Shown: positions 55,830 to 64,000 of the stretch, in pieces
How positions within the stretch are numbered: position 1 is the stretch's first letter
How the letters are laid out: each line of letters begins with the position of its first letter
Source: the human T2T-CHM13v2.0 reference genome, Homo sapiens
Reading direction: 5' to 3'
DNA: 64,000 nucleotides
Assembly: GCA_009914755.4 (NCBI GenBank)
Contig: CP068257.2
Span: 27,680,001 to 27,744,000, forward strand
Position numbers and translations under genes: made by a program
The notes under the pieces: generated by a model
What the model saw: the letters and a program-made list of their open reading frames with translations, nothing else
What the model was told of the DNA's origin: nothing
Database searches by the model: none

Positions 55830-56200
55830 TGTGTTAGTCCATTCTCACACTGCTATGGAGAAATACCCGAGACTAGGTAATTTATAAAGAAAAGCGGTTT
55901 AATTGACTCACAGTTGTGTATTGCTGGGGAGGCCACAGGTAACTTACAATCATGGCGCAAGGTAAAGGAGAAGCAGGCACCTTCTTCACAAGGGTGGCAG
56001 GATAGAGTGCAAGCTGGGGAAATGCCAGATGCTTATAAAACCATGAGATATCGTGAGAACTCACTATCACAAGAACAGCTTGGGGGAACTGCACCCATGA
56101 TCCAATTACCTCCACCTGGTCCTGACCTTGACACATGGGGATTATGGGGATTACAGTTCCTGGTGGGATTTGGGTGGGGACACAGAGCCAAACCATATCA
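55830..56200 (-). mobile_element. ERVL-MaLR solo LTR (THE1/MST-like)
   Basis: Contains tgtgttagtccattctcacactgctatggagaaatacccgagactaggtaatttataaag...ggtggggacacagagccaaaccatatca (reverse complement orientation). Confidence 0.75.
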
Positions 56201-58584
56201 CTATCTCTCCCCCTCATCCCCTCTCTCTCTATTAAATCCCTTATTGGTTCTGTTTCTCTGGAAAACCCTGAATACAGTGGGAAAGAGGTAAACCTTTGTG
56301 GTTGTAAGCTACTGAGACTTTGGGGTTATTTGTTACTGTAGCATGATCTGGCCTATTCTAATTTATACAGTGGGATTTTTTTTTCCCCCACAAACACTAA
56401 GGAAGTAGCATGTGGAAGGCCAGACCTTCTGTTGCCATCAGTAGGGGGGTTTCTGTAGTCTGAGGACCTATGAGCCTTTTGGGTTACCTTTGACTTGCAC
56501 TTGGGCTTTTATGTTGATGCCAAGCAGTATGTTTATACTTCTCTAAAATGTATTTTTCTCTATATAAATAGTGTTTTTGTTAACTCTCACCGGCTCCAGT
56601 CTCAACTTTTGCCTCTAATTTTTCCCATAATATTCACTAACTCTAGTGATAGCTGTCTATGCGCATTGTACTGAGACTAATTCAGAGAGTGGGTTGGATG
56701 AACTTTGGTTTGATTTGTACGTAATTGTTAAAAACTGTGTTTAAGAAAACAGTTGTACCCTTGGCAAAACCTGGAAGTCTCTATGTTAACAATTTTCCCA
56801 ATTTTTGTTTTAGGAAGCCATTCTGCATATTATGTTTTTAAATAAAAGGATTTGACTTTGGGCTGACAATTTAGCATTTAACCACTGTCTCCGCACCAGT
56901 TCCACAAGAGCAGGGATTTAGATTAATTGGAAAAACCTCATTGGTTTCTGATGGAGGGGGCATTCATAGAAACAACCTACTGACAACTAAGGAGCTACTG
57001 CGATGGGATGGGCAGCCTGCAGCTTCACTCGGTGGGCAGCCTCCACAGGTACTTTAATTCCTCGCTCTTCTGGCCAGGCATCTCTTGGTAAAGGCAGGTA
57101 GAGGAAGCAAAGCAATTACCTAGATAATTAAGGAAAAACAAACCTGTATGTGGCAGGTAACTTGGGGAGCTGCTTCTGATTTTCTAGGCAACTATTTTCA
57201 TTCTTCACTTCTCTGGTGTCAGCAGGAATCTGAGCTAGATCCCAAGAGCAACTCGAACAATTACAATGCTCTCAGTTGGCAAACCCGGCTTCATAGCAAC
57301 TTCCCTCCTCATTGATCTAGAGTTTGAAATAGCTTTGTCAGATCTCGGGTGTGTTCCTGCTGATTTATGGCAAAATCCCAGTAACAGCTGTGAAAATGTT
57401 TGTCCATTTGTGAAACTTCAGAAAGCGGGTCTAGCAAATCATTCTCACCTGGTGATTCTGGGGCAAGGTGAGAACTGTACCCTCACAGGCCGGGTGAATA
57501 AGATTCTAGTTGCGGTGGAGGCCAAGGAAGAAGATGTACTATGAGTCAATCTCTCTATGAGGCATTTGCTGAACCTTCCCCTCCTACACCTTCCTACAAG
57601 GCAGGTCCGATGACTTTTACTTTACAGATGAGAAGATGGAGCCTCCACAAGGCACATAGCTGGTGAGTGACAAAACCAGAATTCAAACCCAGATCCATTT
57701 GATAGTGACATTTGTTTCCACTACCCTAGTGGCTCTGGGGGAAGCCAGGACACCCATATTTTTGTAAAGTCCCGTAGTTGTTTCTAGTGTCATCCGGGTT
57801 GGAAACTGTATATTAAGTCAGTGGTTCTCAAACTTTAGCATGCATTAGTATCCCCTGTTAGGCTTGTAAAAACACAGATTGCAGGCCCCACACTTAGATT
57901 TCTGACTTGGTAGGTAGGTCTGAGTTGGGAACCAGGAACTTGCCTTTCTAACAAGTTCCCAAGTGATGTTGATGCGGGGGCCTGGGCACTACACTATGGG
58001 AACCACCACCGCATTAAGGTGAACTCAGAGCTGAATCTGACATGAAAATCTGCATTAATGGAGATGACATCAGATATCTGCAAAGTCACTTAATAGAGAA
58101 CGGTTGAGACTAAGTCTTGACTAATATTAAAACTAACACATCTAAAAAGACTATGTCCATCACAGGTGGGTGGTCAGAATAGAAACATTACATAATGGGA
58201 AAGAAAATGTAGCTGATGCTATTCATCTAGAAGGAAGAAGTGATGTAAGGGTCAGTTTCCACCTTTGCTTTGAATTCCTTGGACAGCAAGCAACCATATG
58301 AGCATTAATTTGATTTATGTTTTTCAGGTATCGTATCTGATTTCAGATACATATGATGGTCTCAAGTGTGTTTTTTACCACCACCACTTTGTAGGCCTGT
58401 TGATGCCACTGCTGTTGAAGTCTATGTGAATGGTGCCCCCTGGTGGAAGGAAAAAGGTAGTTTATTACAGTCCGTTGTAAATGAGTGACCTAGCGTTGTT
58501 ATCATGCTCTGCTCCTAGAGACCACTCCACTCACCTTAAACTAGCGAGCCTGAGGACCGGTCCCGGGGACCCATGAGAACATGA

Positions 58585-58948
<364 letters not shown>

Positions 58949-59783
58949 CCTAAAATTCTTAAAACGTGAAAATGGGGGAAGATGGTTAACACATCCATAT
59001 GCTATCATGATATATATCTTTCTTCTTAGTTGTATGGGATGAAATGATGCCAAGATTTTCCTTACAGAGTAGGGATTGTGACTGAAGCCTTTGGACAGGT
59101 ATTTAGGCCCTTATGAGTGTCCCCTCTTGTCTAGAGAATGGGACGCCAGGAATGTCAGATGCTTTTCAGCCTCTCCCCTGCTCTCATGCCTAGAAACAAG
59201 AGCTCCACAAAGGTCTCTCATTCCTCAAGGCTGATGAAAAGCCCAGCAGCTAAATGGCCAGAAGCCTGTCTTTGTGAGAAAGCAAGAAGTCTCTCGGTTT
59301 GAACTCTTCGGTCTAGAGACAGATTCTTCTACCAGTGGTGTAAAACCCTAAAGAGGCTCTGCATAAGACCTACCACTGCTCTGTGTCTCATGACACCCTG
59401 CCCCCACCACTGGAAGGCCACACTTATTCTTTGTGTTCATGCTTCTCTATGATCTGCAAGTTTCCCAAGAACACCTGGATTCGAAGCTCAAGTCCACCGC
59501 TAAATAGCTATGTGACCTAATGTGTCAGATGGTTATAAGGATTACAGAGAAAGAGGTATAGATAGAGCTGGTAGCAGTGACAGACACATCTTTACATCAT
59601 ATAATTCTGACATGCATTATTATTGTAGTTTTCTGTTATTCAGACATACTTGTTAAGAAGGTGCTGGGGACAATTTGTACATGCTGGGTATGAAAGGGCT
59701 TGGAAAGTATTTCATGAATGGAGTTGGCATTGAGGAGTCCAATCCATGTACAATGGGTAGAATTAGAAAGGCATTGAGGATAG

Positions 59784-60138
59784 TGTATTAGTCTGTTTTC
59801 AAACTGCTGATAAAAACATACCTGAGAGTGGGTAATTTATAAAGAAAGAAGAGGTTTAATGGACTCACAGTTCCATGAGGCTGGGGAGGCTTCACAATCA
59901 TGGCAGAAGGTGAAAGGCACATCTTACATGGCAGCAGGCAAGAGAGAATGAGAGCCAAGGAAAGGGGGAAACCCCTTACGAAACTGTCAGATCTTGTGAG
60001 ACTTATTCACTACCTTGAGAACAGTATGGGGGAAACCGATTCAATTTTCTTTCACCGGGTCCCTCCCACAACACATGGGAATTATGGGAGCTACAATTCA
60101 AGATGAGATTTGGGTGGGGACACAGCCAAACCATATCA
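59784..60138 (-). mobile_element. ERVL-MaLR solo LTR (THE1-like)
   Basis: Contains gtgtattagtctgttttcaaactgctgataaaaacatacctgagagtgggtaatttataaag...cacatgggaattatgggagctacaattcaagatgagatttgggtggggacacagccaaaccatatca. Confidence 0.8.
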
Positions 60139-60865
60139 GGTGGTTACATAAGAGATCCAGTAGAGAGGTGGGAACTCCAGAGGAGATAACTCACCTGGAA
60201 AGTAGGCAATCAGGAATATAGGATCCCAGTATGATGAAAAAAAAGGGGCTGTGGGTATGGGAGGCATATCTCAGAGAGAAGAAACACTGCTGTTCATGCC
60301 TGTGAAACCCAAGGTTTCCCCTTCCTCTTAAGGGTTCTCTCCCTCTAATGAGAGTTGTTTACACTGCTGATTAGAGACTATTAAGGTCTAGAAATCAATT
60401 TGTGTGGGGTTGTGGCCAGCATTTAAAAAACAGAACAGAATATGAAATATCAATGTGCATTGCACATAGTGAGTAAATATTACTTTATGAAACTTTAATC
60501 AATTACACATGTACATGTTTATAGGGGTATGATGTAAAGTGTATCATTCCTATGGGTCTTGGTACAAGGAGTTGAGAGCTGCGTCTCTAGTGAATCTACT
60601 GGGGTGGGGAGTTTTCTCATGTCTGCTCTTACAAGGTCCTCTTGACTATTTACTTTCCAGGATGGTTTTTCCCCATCAGCCTTTTCTGAGGGTCTGAGTC
60701 AGTTTGGGCTGCTATAACAAAGTACCATAGATTGTGTGGCTTAGAAATTACAGAAATTTATTTCTCATAGTTCCAAGATTAGGATGTGAGCATGGTCGGA
60801 TGCTGATGAGGACCCTCTTCCGGGTCACAGCCTGCCGTCTTCTTGTATCCTCAGAAAGAGAGAAG

Positions 60866-61257
<392 letters not shown>

Positions 61258-61591
61258 TCATGACCCAATCACCTATCAAGGCTCCTCCTCCAAATACCAT
61301 TGCATTGGAGGTTAGAATTTCAACATATGATTTCTGGAGGGACATAAACATTTAGTCCATAACACTGAGTTAAAGCAGGTACCTATTCACTCTCCTTCTA
61401 GTCGGGGCCTGGAGCACAGGCCACCTTCTGATGCACTGTTGCCACCTCTGCAAAGTCTGAGCAGTGAGGACTGGGTGGAGGGAGGTTGAACATGGGGAAG
61501 CTGCCCTTTCTCTCTTTTATTTTATGACCCAGCCTGTTACTCATTTCGAACTTGATATTAAAGCTGTACCAAATTTTATTACAGTGTTTGA

Positions 61592-61921
<330 letters not shown>

Positions 61922-63865
61922 TAAACCTATCTGCTTCATTCTACTTTTCCAGAAGTCCAAGGAAAGAGTGTCCTGGAATTTAAACCCTTGGCACGGGTCA
62001 CTTCCTAGATGCTCCTGGTTCATCATTGTGCTTCCCTGACCCCAGGGCCACACCCTTTGCTGCAGAAGGACATTTTTTCCAACTTGAGCCCTGCAAACAT
62101 TTATTTATTTTGTGGGGAAGTTCTACTCTGTACCCACAGAGTTTCATAAATTTTTAAATCCACTTCTGAGTATTTATAAAAAGCCAGTGAAGTTTTAAAA
62201 ATCCATTTCAGATCCAATAGATTCCCCTTTACCTCCTCCCACCTCTGCAGAGCCCTGATCATGCTTCTCCATGGGGACTTAGAGTTGGGAGAAGGCTTGA
62301 TCTGCTTTTTCTCTCCTTACTCCCCTCTCTCGGGACACTCTTCCCTTTGAGTGGGGAAGAAAGATGGAAAGGGATGAAGCCGTCATTCTGGATGATAGCT
62401 TTCCCTTGCTTGTTGCCTCTTTGGCTGAGATAGACCCAGTGGGGGTGCTCACTGATGGTGGGCGTCCCAGGCTGGTTCCTTCTTGGAGTACATATGTGGG
62501 TTCTATATAGGCCATTCAGGGTTAGGGAAGGGTTCCTCCCTAGGTTTTGGCCCAATTCTCTAACGTGAGAGATCAGCTCTAGCTCAGTCTTCTGAGTCCC
62601 ACCCCAGCTTTTGCTGGCAATAATACGCCCTGCCATTTCCTGTTGCTGGGACTGCCACCTTGTGGTGGCCTTCTTGTTTTGGGTACAACAGGACAGCTCA
62701 AGCTCAGCTGCCTCCTGCAGTGTCCCCCTGAGCCACAGGAAACTCAAGCTTCCTTGTAACACTGAATAGCAAAAGGGCTTGCTTCCCATTGCTGGCCCCT
62801 CTCTGTCATGTAAGTTTTTATCTCCCCTGCCCATAAGCAGATATCCCACTGTAGATCAAGACAAATCCTCTTATTCCTGACACCTGCAATGGCTATGAGT
62901 GCTTCCCTTCCTTTCTTCTCTTCCTTCCTGGAAAACATCAAGGCTGTCTGTACTGATGACCCACAAAAAGCAACCCCTTTTCTCCCCCTCTTCCCAATCT
63001 TCTGCTTGTATGGGGTAGGGGAATGAGAGGGGCCTGGGGATAGTTGGGAGCAGCAGAGCTGGTTATGTCCAACCTAATAAAAAGTCTTCGGGGAGTATAT
63101 GGCCTCCAGCTGTTGGCAGCTCTCTTCAGAATGAGAGATTCTTGATATGTCTTTGCCTTTGACTCTGGGTCTTGGTCACCAATTCTGCAACAATGAAAAT
63201 AGTCCCATCAACACCACTGTATGCAGGACAAAAGATCCATATTATCTACCTGTCCACTTTGAAGACTTAAGTTGAAAGTCTCTGGAACTGAAGTTTTGAA
63301 ATGGCCACGAACATGCCTGAGCACACTGCCAGGAAATGGTGCGTCAAGAGAAGCCTGTTCGATTGTACAAAGGCCTGTGGCCTTGAAGGGTGACCTGGCC
63401 CACAGTACAGCAGCATCACTGTCCCCTAGTAGATATTTTCGAGTTAAGAGCAGAAATTAAAAATGCACAAAGTTAGGAGAGGAACACTTGTTTTCCAGAA
63501 CCAGGAAAGGCATTTTGGTATATAATGCATTTCCATTAAGTAGAAGTAACTTGAAAAAAATTCATATTACATTTACTATAAGAGTTTAGTTGCAGAAACC
63601 CCAGAATTTATTGGATTTCTAACTTTTTTTTTTTTTAAAGTATTTTAAAACTGTGTCTATATTATTTGGCTATTTTAGTAAATAACTCACCATACTTGTG
63701 TGTAAGTGCAAATTCTTGAAGTTTTTTCTTTTTTCAAATGGAATCTGTTAATTTATTATCATAGAAATAGGATTACCTGTTGTAAAAAATTCAGCTGGTA
63801 AAAACATGTACATTAAATGCACCTTCAGGCTATTTTTTTTTTTTTTAACCTGAAGTAGAAGTTAC

Positions 63866-64000
63866 TGTGGAAGGCCAGGCACAGGTAGATCATTTGAAGT
63901 CAGGAGCTCGAGACCAGCCTGGCCAACATGGCGAAACCCCGTCTCTACTAAAAATACAAAAAAATTAGCCAGGCATGGTGGTGTGCGCCTGTAATCCTAG
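63866..64000 (+). mobile_element. Alu 5' portion (runs off the window end; small internal deletion near the 5' end)
   Basis: Contains ggccaggcacaggtagatcatttgaagtcaggagctcgagaccagcctggccaacatggcgaaaccccgtctctactaaaaatacaaaaaaattagccaggcatggtggtgtgcgcctgtaatcctag. Confidence 0.85.

Noticed and set aside
62259-62849. 196-aa minus-strand ORF (the longest non-BACH1 ORF in the intergenic part), with nested 62279-62515 and 62744-62941
   Set aside because: There is no recognisable domain. The composition is typical of translated GC-moderate noncoding DNA. No ATG or Kozak context, splice signals, or conservation cues are visible, and a chance ORF of this length is plausible in 64 kb across six frames.

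Overview
This window is human (primate) genomic DNA, not prokaryotic. It carries the coding part of the BACH1 gene on the + strand. BACH1 is a BTB/CNC-bZIP transcription repressor on chr21q21. Four coding exons are present: 7184-7417, 11949-13283, 15377-15583 and 28287-28721. Joined with GT/AG introns they encode a 736-aa protein that I recognise as BACH1 (BTB domain, six CP heme motifs, CNC-bZIP). A ~3.1 kb 3'UTR follows. About 32 kb downstream of the gene is intergenic sequence saturated with interspersed repeats. The repeats include at least 21 Alu elements, several with clean target-site duplications, one Alu-into-Alu nested insertion, and an L1 3' end split by an Alu. There are also MIR SINEs, a cluster of ERVL-MaLR (THE1/MST-type) solo LTRs, microsatellites, and a 5'-truncated antisense HERV9-type provirus. 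The provirus shows pol RT/RNase H remnants, an env TM tail, a polypurine tract and an LTR12-like 3' LTR with a tandem CCAAT-box array. Nearly all short ORFs in the supplied six-frame track are spurious; many are translations of Alu sequence or use non-ATG starts. I see no prokaryotic-style operon, CRISPR array or novel protein-coding system. The noteworthy biology is regulatory and structural. The 3'UTR contains four miR-155 seed sites plus an overlapping let-7/miR-196 site. Exons 3 and 4 total 1542 nt and are flanked by inverted Alu pairs, a configuration that favours circRNA back-splicing. An LTR12 promoter-type element lies antisense about 9 kb downstream of the 3'UTR end. Repeat subfamily names and exact boundaries are from memory of consensus sequences and need RepeatMasker confirmation.
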